DNA from: an uncultured Thermodesulfobacteriota bacterium
GTDB lineage: Bacteria; Desulfobacterota; Desulfarculia; G963662305
Reading direction: 5' to 3'
NCBI GenBank assembly: GCA_964634465.1
Contig: CAZWLY010000019.1
Location: 71 to 64,070, forward strand
DNA length: 64,000 nt
Positions 1 to 9,400 of this stretch are shown piece by piece. Position 1 is the first letter of the stretch, and each line of letters starts with the position of its first letter. Under the pieces are notes generated by a model. The model saw nothing but the letters and a program-made list of their open reading frames with translations, did not search any database and was not told the DNA's origin. The translations under genes and the position numbers were made by a program.

Positions 1-143
1 CAGCTTGGCGGGGCCCTTCGTCCGATTAGACTTCATGACTCTCATCCTTATGTCGACCGTTCTTGCCAAGGCCAACGTTCCACCTCTCCTTGATGAACGA
101 ACCGGACCGCGGGGCGCAGGCGCACCACGGCCACAGATATCAT

Positions 144-172
144 ATTATATGGGCGAACATACATCAGGTCAA
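144..172 (-). promoter_or_regulatory. Sigma70-type promoter for a gene that runs off the left edge
   Basis: Minus strand TTGACC(172-167)-17 nt-TATAAT(149-144). A palindrome CCGAAATATTTCGG lies at 189-202, just upstream. Confidence 0.55.
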
Positions 173-272
173 ATGAAAAACTGAGCTTCCCGAAATATTT
201 CGGAGTGATAGCTTGTTTCAAGGAGGGAAGCAGCAAGACAAGAGGTAAGATTTTCCGACAGATAGGGCGGCT

Positions 273-881
273 CTATTCTTTTTGGGACGATGATATCTTG
301 CCTTTCTCATTTCCTGACTGGGAAAAAACCATGAAAGATTCTTTCGGCAAGAAATCGAACGACTCAGACAGCACATATCCCGCTGCTTCCATGGCACCGC
401 GGATCTTCTCGACAGGGGTGAAATGCTTGAACAGGCTCACGAAGGACAGCCCACGGTTGGGCATGTGATCTATGATTGCAACCCTCCCACCGGGCTTCAG
501 CGCAGCCCCGAGGTTGCCGAAGTATTCGGCGGGCTCGGGCAAGTGATGAAACACGTTCCTTGCGAAGATAAGATCCACGGAAGATGCCGGCAACCCGACT
601 CCGCCGCTCTCAGCCAGTATGAACTCTATATTGCCCAGGCCCGCCCGTTCCGATTGACGCCTGATGAAATCCAGATACTTTCGCTTGCTGTCCACGGCAA
701 ATACCCGGCCGTTCGCCCCGACCCGCCGCGCGAACTCGAGAGCGAAGTAACCCCCTCCCGACCCTATGTCCGCTATGGTCTGGCCCTCTGTTATTCGTAG
801 GCTGTCCAAGATCCGCACGGCCCCTCGTTCGGGGGACGATGCTTCCCGGTTGAGCATCTTGAGGAAAAGATCGGTGAGCAT
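273..881 (-). CDS. Class I SAM-dependent methyltransferase
   Basis: IADIGSGGGYF motif I, VFAVD motif II, VDLIF..NVFHHL, LKPGGRVAIID. Confidence 0.9.
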   Translation of the reverse strand: MLTDLFLKMLNREASSPERGAVRILDSLRITEGQTIADIGSGGGYFALEFARRVGANGRVFAVDSKRKYLDFIRRQSERAGLGNIEFILAESGGVGLPASSVDLIFARNVFHHLPEPAEYFGNLGAALKPGGRVAIIDHMPNRGLSFVSLFKHFTPVEKIRGAMEAAGYVLSESFDFLPKESFMVFSQSGNEKGKISSSQKE

Positions 882-892
882 CTCGTATCTCC

Positions 893-1426
893 TTATTTCA
901 GGCCTTCACCGGCGGTCCCGTCCCGCAGAATCTGGAGGAAGCAATCCCTGAGTTTCCGCAGCACCGACGAGGCGAGCAGCAACTCCTTCTCGCTCAGGTC
1001 GATCTGCAGTTCCGCCAGGAAGGTCTTCTCTTTCTGTGCCACGGCCTCTGCCAGCTTCTTGCCCTTGGACGCAAGTTGCACCAGGCTGGATCGCTTGTGT
1101 GCGGGGTTGGGGACCAGTTCCACGAGTCCCCTCTTGCCGAGTTGATTGACTACCGTTTGAATGTACTGGCGTGAAACAGGTCTTGCCCTGGCCATCTGCG
1201 GCACTGTTTGGGGACCGATGCGGTCCAGTCCTCTGAGGACACCTCTCGCTGCCGCCGTGAGGTTCGCGTCGGAATGAATGCGGGCCACGACAACCCGCAA
1301 GAGATGGTACAGGGCCACCACCTCGTCAACCAGAATCTCAACCGCCTGTTCCTTTTGCTCGCGTTGCGCCATGATCCGATCAACCATAATGTCAACAAGT
1401 AGCTCCTCGCACCTGCAAAACATCAT
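893..1426 (-). CDS. MarR-family transcriptional regulator (true start may be 1387 or 1372)
   Basis: GPQTVPQMARARPVSRQYIQTVVNQL..RGLVE..PNPAHKRSSLVQL winged HTH. Confidence 0.88.
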   Translation of the reverse strand: MMFCRCEELLVDIMVDRIMAQREQKEQAVEILVDEVVALYHLLRVVVARIHSDANLTAAARGVLRGLDRIGPQTVPQMARARPVSRQYIQTVVNQLGKRGLVELVPNPAHKRSSLVQLASKGKKLAEAVAQKEKTFLAELQIDLSEKELLLASSVLRKLRDCFLQILRDGTAGEGLK

Positions 1427-1463
1427 GACAAGTTAATTGTCATGATGACAAGTTAATTGTCAA
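1425..1463. promoter_or_regulatory. Tandem pair of palindromic operator boxes (probable MarR sites) overlapping a TTGACA -35
   Basis: ATGACAAGTTAATTGTCAT (1425-1443) and ATGACAAGTTAATTGTCAA (1445-1463). Each is a TGACAA-N5-TTGTCA inverted repeat, with a 20-bp period. Confidence 0.75.
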
Positions 1464-1487
1464 GTGAATTCTTTCTTCCTTACCCAA

Positions 1488-1937
1488 CTACCGGTTTGTC
1501 ATCCGTTCCTTGAGAAGCGCCTCCCACATCTTGCGCTGGCGGTTCCAATGGAGGACGGCGGCGATGGGTCGGACGTCCCGCTCGCGGATCGGGTCGCGGC
1601 CCTTCACGGTCCTGGGCAGGAACAGGATCTCCTCCTGGATGTCGGGCGCCAGGTTGAGGAGGTTCATGATCTGCGTGATGCGGGCCCGGGTCACGTAACC
1701 CAGCCGGGCGAGGTCCGCGTAGTCCCGCACCTCACCGCGGCGGACGATGCCGTCGAACTTGATCGCCAGAGCCATGAGGCGCGTGATCCGAGGGACGTTG
1801 CCCGGCTCGATGTCCCGCGGACCAATGCCCGGGCCGTCCTTGTGTTTCCGACCGTTGTGCCTGGGCTTGAAGGTCCACAGGACCTTGATGGTCCCGGTAA
1901 CCGTGCTCGCCTGATTACTCGTCATGCTCGCCTCCAT
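1488..1937 (-). CDS. Hypothetical protein with predicted HTH, of the type found downstream of DUF2924/recombinase modules
   Basis: PRITRLMALAI..GEVRDYADLARLGYVTRARITQIMNLLNLAPDIQEEIL; overlaps the recombinase 3' end. Confidence 0.75.
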   Translation of the reverse strand: MEASMTSNQASTVTGTIKVLWTFKPRHNGRKHKDGPGIGPRDIEPGNVPRITRLMALAIKFDGIVRRGEVRDYADLARLGYVTRARITQIMNLLNLAPDIQEEILFLPRTVKGRDPIRERDVRPIAAVLHWNRQRKMWEALLKERMTNR

Positions 1938-3555
1938 AGACCATGTTGGCTTCGTTGCAGAGCGCCTTTAGCCCTAAGGACCGGAAGCTGACCGTCACGC
2001 TGCCGTCGCGCCCGTCGTAAGCGATGCGGTCGATGAGGAGATGCATCACCCGGTGCCGCTCGCGCGAATTCAGGGACTCCCAAACCGGGTCGAAGATGGA
2101 CAGCGCCTTGACCAGGTCACTCTCGTCAACGGTCTCGCGTTCGAGCGAGAGGACCTCCTCGCGTATAGCGGTCATGCGCTGTTCGATGCTCCGGATCTGG
2201 TCCTGCAAGTCGGCCAGGCGGTCCGCTGTGAGCGATGCGTCCGAACCCGGCGCGACCGCCTGCGTCGCCAGCTCCCGGAGCTTCGTGTGCAGCCGGCGGA
2301 GCTTCCTCTCGAGGGTGCGGTGCTCGCGTTCCAGCTCGGCCATCCGCTTCTCGCTCTTCTCGCGGACCTGACGGATGGTTTCGGCGACGATCTCTTCGTC
2401 GGTTCCCAGCCCACGGATGTGATCCACCACGAACGTCTCGAGGTCATGGGCGTTCACCGACTTCGTGGGGCAGGCGTCCCAGCCGCGTTGCTGGGCGTTG
2501 AGACAGACATAGTACCGGTAGCGTCTGCCGTTCTTCTTCATCGTGTAGGCGTGCACCATGGCCGTGTTGCACGGCACGCAGTAGAGAAGTCCCTTGAGCA
2601 GCGCCCCGTACTTGTTCCGCACTTCCTTCCCGCCGTTCCGGCCGTTCCGGCGCAGCAGCTCCTGGACGCGCTTCCATACCTTCGTGTCCACGATTGCGTC
2701 GTGCTCGCCCGGGTAGATCGTCCCCTTGTAGCTCACCTTGCCGATGTAGATGACGTTGGTGAGCAGGCGGAACAGCGTGTGCTTGGTAAAAGGCGAACCG
2801 CCGTGCGTGGTTCCTTTTTTCGTGATCCAGCGCTTGTTCCTCCACCCGCGGCGGTCGAGCTCACGGACAACGGGAATGAGCGAACGGTGCTCGAGATAGA
2901 GCTCGTAGATGGCGCGCACCTGCGCGGCCTCTTTCTCGTTGACGACCAGGCGGCCGCCCCGGGGCGCCACGTCGTAGCCCAGGACCAGCCCGCCGCCCAT
3001 CCACTTGCCTTTCTTGCGCGCGGCCGCCATCTTGTCCCGTGTGCGCTCGGAGATGATCTCCCGCTCGAACTGGGCGAACGAGAGCAGGATGTTCATGGTG
3101 AGCCGTCCCATGGAACTGGTCGTGTTGAATTGCTGGGTGACCGATACGAAGCTGACACCGTGCTTCTCGAAGGTCTCCATGATCCGGGCGAAGTCGAGCA
3201 GGGAACGGCTCAGGCGGTCCACCTTGTAGACGACCACGCAGTCGATCTCGCCAGCTTCGATGTCGGCCAGGAGCCGTTTGAGTGCCGGACGTTCCATGTT
3301 GCCGCCGGTGAAGCCGCCGTCGTCGTAACGTTCCGGCAGGCAGACCCAACCCTCGTGCTTGTGGCTCAGGATGTAGCTTGAAGCGCTTTCCCGTTGGGCG
3401 TCGAGGGAGTTGAAGTCCTGGTCGAGCCCCTCGTCGGTGGACTTGCGGGTATAGACGGCGCAGCGGACCAGTCCGTCGCGGCGCTGGGGCGGGGATCCCG
3501 TTCCTCTGGTTTGTTCCACCTGGGTGTAGCTTCCTCCGTTCAAGGTCATATTCAT
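1915..3555 (-). CDS. Large serine recombinase (resolvase + recombinase + zinc ribbon + coiled coil)
   Basis: CAVYTRKST catalytic Ser motif, VVYKVDRLSRS, FAQFEREIISERTRD, LLYCVPC..YRYYVC..C. The ATG at 3555 overlaps the upstream stop (ATGA). Confidence 0.93.
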   Translation of the reverse strand: MNMTLNGGSYTQVEQTRGTGSPPQRRDGLVRCAVYTRKSTDEGLDQDFNSLDAQRESASSYILSHKHEGWVCLPERYDDGGFTGGNMERPALKRLLADIEAGEIDCVVVYKVDRLSRSLLDFARIMETFEKHGVSFVSVTQQFNTTSSMGRLTMNILLSFAQFEREIISERTRDKMAAARKKGKWMGGGLVLGYDVAPRGGRLVVNEKEAAQVRAIYELYLEHRSLIPVVRELDRRGWRNKRWITKKGTTHGGSPFTKHTLFRLLTNVIYIGKVSYKGTIYPGEHDAIVDTKVWKRVQELLRRNGRNGGKEVRNKYGALLKGLLYCVPCNTAMVHAYTMKKNGRRYRYYVCLNAQQRGWDACPTKSVNAHDLETFVVDHIRGLGTDEEIVAETIRQVREKSEKRMAELEREHRTLERKLRRLHTKLRELATQAVAPGSDASLTADRLADLQDQIRSIEQRMTAIREEVLSLERETVDESDLVKALSIFDPVWESLNSRERHRVMHLLIDRIAYDGRDGSVTVSFRSLGLKALCNEANMVYGGEHDE

Positions 3556-4094
3556 TCGGTCCTCCTCCTGCATTTTTCGGCCGTTCCACTCGCGGGCGCG
3601 CCGCCGCCCGCCAGGCCGAAGAAGAGGAAGCCGTTCCACTTGGTGCCCGTGACCTCGCGAGCGATGGCGGAGAGCGATTTGTATCGCCGCCCCTCGTACT
3701 CGAACTCCTTATCGAGCACCTTCACCACCACGCTTTCGCCTTTGTACTCTCTTACAAGGAGAGTGCCGGGCAAGGGTAACCGACGGTCACGTGAGGCCGG
3801 GAGCTTTCCGCGCACGCTCCGGTCCCGCTCTTCGGCCGAGCCGGACTTGTGCCGGGCGCGGGGAGCGCGGATTCTGAGATCGGCGTCGTTGGCCAGTTCC
3901 TCGGCGCGCCGCCGGGCCCGCTCGGAGAGGTCGCCTTCGGCGAGGGCCTGGAGCCGCCAGGCGATCCACTTGCGCAGAAAGTCCTTGTGGTGGGAGCGCG
4001 TCTCTTCGCCGAAGACCTCCAGGTACTTGTCCTTGAGCTGTCCGACGGTCATTCTGCCCAACGCCTGGATATCCTCGTAAGTCTCTGTGTTCAT
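3552..4094 (-). CDS. DUF2924 family protein
   Basis: IAWRLQALAEGDLS, PGTLLVREYKG..VKVL..FEYEGRRYKSLSAIAREVTGTKWNGFLFFGL. Confidence 0.88.
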   Translation of the reverse strand: MNTETYEDIQALGRMTVGQLKDKYLEVFGEETRSHHKDFLRKWIAWRLQALAEGDLSERARRRAEELANDADLRIRAPRARHKSGSAEERDRSVRGKLPASRDRRLPLPGTLLVREYKGESVVVKVLDKEFEYEGRRYKSLSAIAREVTGTKWNGFLFFGLAGGGAPASGTAEKCRRRTE

Positions 4095-4165
4095 ACCGAA
4101 AACCTCCTTTCGTAATGGCTGTTCATCCTTGCCGCCGACTCGTTCTCCGGCGGCGTCTCAAAGCG

Positions 4166-4387
4166 TTAACCCGCCTGTGAATGAAGGCTTCGGTGACCGG
4201 AACTATCAAGGCGTTTCTCCGTAACCGCTTCAGATTCTTCGACTTGCGCTACATGCGGCCGGTCTTCGCCTGCAGATGTGTCGAGGGGTCGGCTTTTCCG
4301 GCAGCGGAGATATCCTTGCGCCAGAATCGAGGCGATCTCGCTCGCGACCTCGCCGGGTTTCGTTGGGAGATGAACGTCGTCGCGCAT
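4166..4387 (-). CDS. Small hypothetical protein (73 aa) upstream of DUF2924
   Basis: AAGGAGGAG RBS before ATG 4387; EIASILAQGYLR segment. Confidence 0.55.
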   Translation of the reverse strand: MRDDVHLPTKPGEVASEIASILAQGYLRCRKSRPLDTSAGEDRPHVAQVEESEAVTEKRLDSSGHRSLHSQAG

Positions 4388-4866
4388 GGGCTCCTCCTTC
4401 GCGGGGAAACGCCGCGGGGAGGAAGCGCCGTGGATGTCGCTGGGAAGGGAGGTCCGCCCGCCGAACGGAAACGCTGCGAATCCCCCCGACCCCGTCTCAA
4501 AGGAGGGGCCGGCGACACCCCTGCCTGCGCCGCTGCGTAGCACGGCAGGCAGGCACAACGGTTTCCGTTCCACGGCCGTCCCGCTGTCTGGTGGTTCTCG
4601 TCCCGCCGGACAGACTGCCTGTCCGGCTTTCGACGGATACCTACCGGAGGAGTCCTCGAATCGTCGGAACGGGGTCGCGGTAGATGTAGGCCTGTTAAAT
4701 GACGGCGAACAAGAAACGGAGAATCGGAGAATCCGGAGGAGATTTGCGCGGGTTTCGGTCGCAAACGTGGAGGGTTCGGCGCGAGCCCCGGAGAGGTTGC
4801 CGCGGAACGGAGAATCGGCAAGGGTGTGTGGGGGCGTGTAACTGCTTGAGAAATGGGGAGAAACGA

Positions 4867-4900
4867 CAAGACCCCGAGGGGTTCAACCCTCGGGGTCTTG
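4867..4900. terminator. Perfect 14-bp hairpin downstream of tRNA-Asn
   Basis: CAAGACCCCGAGGG-GTTCAA-CCCTCGGGGTCTTG. Confidence 0.65.
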
Positions 4901-4938
4901 CGTTAACTAAGAACCGCCAGAGTTGGCGGATTGAAATC

Positions 4939-5014
4939 TGGCTCCCCGGGACGGACTCGAACCGCCGACAAGATGGTTAACAGCCACCTGCTCTGCCAGC
5001 TGAGCTACCGGGGA
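4939..5014 (-). tRNA. tRNA-Asn (GTT)
   Basis: Reverse complement TCCCCGGTAGCTCAGCTGGCAGAGCAGGTGGCTGTTAACCATCTTGTCGGCGGTTCGAGTCCGTCCCGGGGAGCCA: 76 nt, GTT anticodon, TTCGA T-loop, encoded CCA. Confidence 0.97.
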
Positions 5015-5099
5015 ACAAATGGCTTAGGTCATATACACGATTAGCCCCTGGGCGTCAAGGGTTATCGGATCGTTTCACTGCCTGAGCGCCAGATTGCGC

Positions 5100-6305
5100 C
5101 TACTCGTTCTCCAGGATCGTCGCCGCGCCCATGCCGCCGCCGACGCACAGCGTGGCCAGGCCCAGCTCGACGCCCCGGCGCTTCATCTCGTAGATGAGCG
5201 AGATCATGATCCGGCAGCCGGTCGCTCCGACCGGGTGGCCCAGGCCGATGCCCGAGCCGTTGACGTTGGTGATCTCCCGGTTGAGCCCCAGGCCCTTCTC
5301 ACAGGCCAGATACTGGGCGGCGAAGGCCTCGTTGAGCTCGATCAGGCCGATGTCGTCCAGGGAGAGACCGGCCTTGGCCAGCGCCTTTTGGGTGGCCGGC
5401 ACCGGGCCGTAGCCCATCAGGTGCGGCTCCACCCCGGCGAAGGCGTGGGCCACGATTCGGGCCAGCGGCGTGGCCCCGATCTCGGCCGCCTTCTTGCGGG
5501 AGGTGACGACCATCGCCGCCGCGCCGTCGTTCAGGCCGGAGGAGTTGCCGGCGGTGACGGTGCCGTCCTTTTTGAAGGCCGGCTTGAGCCTGGCCAGGTC
5601 GTCCATAGTCAAACCGAACCGGGTGTGTTCGTCCTGGTCGAAGACGGTCACCTGGCCCTTCTTGCCCGGCACCTCGACAGGGACGATCTCGTCCTTGAAC
5701 CGGCCGGAGGTGGTGGCCGCCTCGGCGTTGTTGTGGGAGCGAAGGGCGACCTCGTCCTGCTCCTCCCTGGAGATGCCGTACTTCTCGGCCAGGTTCTCGG
5801 CGGTCTGGCCCATGATGTAGCCCTTGCCGCCCTCCAGGAGATTCGAGCCGGAGTGGAGCATCTCCCACATCGAGTCCATCATCTGGCCGTGGGTCAATCT
5901 CGCCCCCCAGCGGGCCTGGGGCAGAAGGTAGGGCGCGTTGGACATCGACTCCACCCCGCCGGCCAACACGATCTCCGAGTCGCCGCACGATATCTGCTGG
6001 CCGGCCAGGATGACCGCCTGCATGCCCGAGGAGCACTGGCGCTGGATGGTCACCGCCGGCACCTCGACCGGAATGCCGATGCCGAGCGCCGCCGTCCGGG
6101 CGGTGTTGGCCTCGTCGGCGCACTGAACGCAGTCGCCCATAATCACGTCCGAGAGCTGGCCGCCCTCGACCCCGGCTCGCTTCATGGCCTCGGCCATGGC
6201 CACCCCGGCCAACTGGTAGGCCCTCATTCCGACCAAGGCGCCGCCGAACCTGGCGATGGCCGTCCTGGCGCAACCGATGATGACGATGTCGTTGTCGCTT
6301 TTCAT
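5100..6305 (-). CDS. Acetyl-CoA C-acetyltransferase (thiolase)
   Basis: [28 protein letters not shown]. Confidence 0.95.
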   Translation of the reverse strand: MKSDNDIVIIGCARTAIARFGGALVGMRAYQLAGVAMAEAMKRAGVEGGQLSDVIMGDCVQCADEANTARTAALGIGIPVEVPAVTIQRQCSSGMQAVILAGQQISCGDSEIVLAGGVESMSNAPYLLPQARWGARLTHGQMMDSMWEMLHSGSNLLEGGKGYIMGQTAENLAEKYGISREEQDEVALRSHNNAEAATTSGRFKDEIVPVEVPGKKGQVTVFDQDEHTRFGLTMDDLARLKPAFKKDGTVTAGNSSGLNDGAAAMVVTSRKKAAEIGATPLARIVAHAFAGVEPHLMGYGPVPATQKALAKAGLSLDDIGLIELNEAFAAQYLACEKGLGLNREITNVNGSGIGLGHPVGATGCRIMISLIYEMKRRGVELGLATLCVGGGMGAATILENE

Positions 6306-6418
6306 GCCCGCTCCTTTATGTCGGCTTGACTGACTGAACGATCATTCATGGAGTCTCGGTTATAGCAGATTCGGACCGAGTCGGACAAGCAGGAAGCCGC
6401 CCGGCGCTCGGCCGGCGA

Positions 6419-9400
6419 TCACTTGACCCGCTTGAGTTTGAACTCGATCCTCTCGTCGATGCTTCCCCCGCCGAGAGAGAACCTCCACGACCCACCGCCC
6501 TCGAGGCTCTGCGAGCCAAAGGTTCCCTTGATCGACACCCGGCGCTGCTTGTCGGTGATGGTGAAGCGGCCCTGGGCGTCGTGCCGGCCCCGGAAGACAA
6601 GAAGCCCGCATCGCTCGCAGACCGCACCCCGATCGTCGTCGATCTGGGGACAGGAGGCGCCGTTGATCAGTATCAGCGCCTTGTTGCTCGGGGCGGGCTC
6701 GAGCTTCAGCGTCACCTGGACCGGGCGGGGACAACTGGCCTCCCGATTGGCTCCGGAGGACGCTCTGCCCACGGCGGTCCAAAGCCCCTCGCCCTTGTAG
6801 ACCCGGGGGAAGGCGCAGTCCTCGCACTTGCCGATCGGCTCGGTGCGGACCCGGCACTTCAGGCACTTGAGCGGCTTGAAGTTGCGCTCGCGGCACCACT
6901 TGAGCAGGTCGTCGGGACAGCCATCGGCCGGAGGAGGCGGTTCGGTCCCTCCGGCGACGGCCTCGATGGTCACCTGGGCCTCGGCCTGGGCGAGGGCTCG
7001 ACCGCTGGCCTGGTCGATGAGCGACACGACGGCGGTGTATCGGCCGGGCTTGCTCCAGACGTGGGCGGCGGCGTTCCTCTCCCCGGTGCCGGTTCGCGCC
7101 CCGTCGCCCCAGTCCCAACTGAAACCGGCCCCGGCCGGCATGATCTCGGCGGCGGCGGTGAACGAGATGGGTATCCCGACCACTCCCTTGACCCGGGCGG
7201 GGGTGATGGTCAGCCGCCCTCTTTGAATCCGGAACCAGTCGAACCCGGCCCAAGCGATATCGCCCTTAGAGGTCGCGGCCCAGATCTCGACCCCGATCCA
7301 GTTCAGGCCGGGCTGGAGGGGAACCTCGGCGACGCCGTTTTCGACCTTGACCTTGAACTTGGTCAACTTGGCCGACGCCCGGGTATCGCCCGCCGGGGCG
7401 AGGGAGGCCCGCCAGAAATCGGTCGCAAAACTCATTCTCGTGTCGCCGTCAGGCTCTATGGACAGCCTGATCTTGTCCTGAACGGTGGTGTAGGTTCCTT
7501 TGATCCGGCCCTGTGATCGGCCCTTCTCGTCCACCACCTCCCAGTGATAGGCCGGGAAGAGGCCGCGGCCGATGGTCTTGGCCTCGACCTGTTTCCAGCG
7601 AGAGGCCAGTAACTTCCAGTCGACGACGGCGCTCTTGGCGAAGTAGCAGAACCCCTTGAAGGGCAATCCGTTGCCCTGCTTGAGTTCCTTGGCGTTGAGG
7701 GCGGAAAGGTACTTCTTGAACCTCTTTCGGGTCTGATCGAACTCTATCTCCCGGCCGCTCGAGGGATCGTAATTGGGATCGTAGACGGACAACCGGCCGG
7801 TGGTCATATCGACGGCGTAGGCGGCCAGGGCGTGGCCGTACCACTCGCCCGAGGTCTCGTCCTGGCCCCAGATGGAGACGTACTGGGGCTCCCTGGTGAC
7901 CAGCATCGAGTAGACGAAGCAGTACCACACCCCTTCATCGAGTTTCTGGGGGGCTTTCTCTTGCCATTCGCTGATGACCTCTATCCCGGCCCGTTTGCTG
8001 TAACCGACTTGATCCCTTTGGACCACCGAGGCCCACCTGATCCCGGTCGAGTCGTCGGCGCCCAGCTTCGGCGTGGCAAAGGCGCGAGGGGCGTTGTCGA
8101 AACGGCGCTGAAGGCCCTGCTTGGTCTGTTTGTAGCGCTCCAGGTAGTACCACATGGCGGTCATGGCCATGCCGGAGCAGATGCCGCCGGGCGAGAGGTA
8201 GGACCCCTCGTTGATGAAGCCCCAGTTGTCGCGGCCGGGGGTGAAACCGCTCTCCACCCTATTCAGCCTGTCGAGCGCCTCGACGGCGACGTCGCTGACG
8301 AAAAACGAGCTGAAGTGCCTGGTGACGGCGGTCAGGCCCGATTCGTCCCACTCCACGACCGGCATGCCCTCCAGCCGGCCCGTGGCCGGGTCGTAGAAAA
8401 AGGGCATGGCGAAGCGCCCCGGGGCGATCCGGGCCGGTATTCGCACCACCATCAACTCCTCGGCGTAGCCGCCGCCGTTGTCGACCTCGATCAGCGGCGT
8501 GATCGGGTGGACCCAGGAGCTCGTCCGGGCCGCCGGGGGCACCGGCCGCCGGGTGATGGTGAAGGTCCGGGTCTCGGGGTAGGCCCCGGCCGGAATCTCG
8601 ATTTTCAACCCGTCAAGAGGGTCGCCGGGCTTGGCGACGGTGATCGTTCCGCCTGACGGCGGAATTTTTTTTTGAGCCAACACCCCGCCGGGCGGGGCGC
8701 CTCTTCCCGGTCCCAGGCTGGCGCCGCCAGGACCGGCCGGAACCCTGAGATGGCCGACCAGGCCGTAGGTCAGATCCCAGACCCGGCCCCGGCCGTCGAA
8801 GGCGTAGACCCGGCCCCAAAGCGAGATCAGGGCGTCGTCGGGGTCGGCGTTGCTGTAGACGTAGGTTGACCGGCGGCCGTCGTGCTCGTTGAAACCGGTG
8901 CAGGTGAACTTGCCGCCCGAATAGACGACCCGGTAGGTCTGGCCGGCCTTCAAGGTGCCCATCGGGTCGGTCCGCCAGTCGCCGGTGTAGCCCTCGTCGT
9001 CGAACTTGTCGCCCACGGTGTCGAAGACGACCAGGAACGGCCGGCCCGATTTGATGTACTCGATCCAGGCGATCAGGCTCTGCGGCCCCCGGCCGAACCC
9101 GGAGGGTGGAGTCGGACCGGGGGAGACGCCGGTCTGGGGCGGGGGCGTCGGCCGGCCGGACTTGACCACCCGGAAGGAGACCGAGGCCACCTCCCGGCCG
9201 TCCCGGTCGGTGTCGTGCATCCTGAAATCGTAATCGCCCGGTTTGGCCGGCGCGGTGAAGGTCAACCGGCCCGAGGTCCGCTGGTTCAGGTACTTGTAGT
9301 CCAGGTCGTACTTGTCGTTCTCCCGCCCCGAGCCGTGCCGGACGCGGGACGGGATTATCCCCACCCAGGCGTTGGCGTCGTAACCGGCCGGGGCGGTGAA

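Larger units (their letters stand above)
1..4900 (-). mobile_element. Right part of an integrative element/genomic island adjacent to tRNA-Asn; continues beyond the left edge of the window
   Basis: Small ORF-DUF2924-large serine recombinase-hypothetical module lies directly downstream of the tRNA 3' end, followed by MarR and methyltransferase cargo. The second att copy is not visible in the window. Confidence 0.7.

Noticed and set aside
273-881. Methyltransferase as the missing ArsM
   Set aside because: It has no cysteines, whereas ArsM needs conserved Cys residues, and it lies in an unrelated island.
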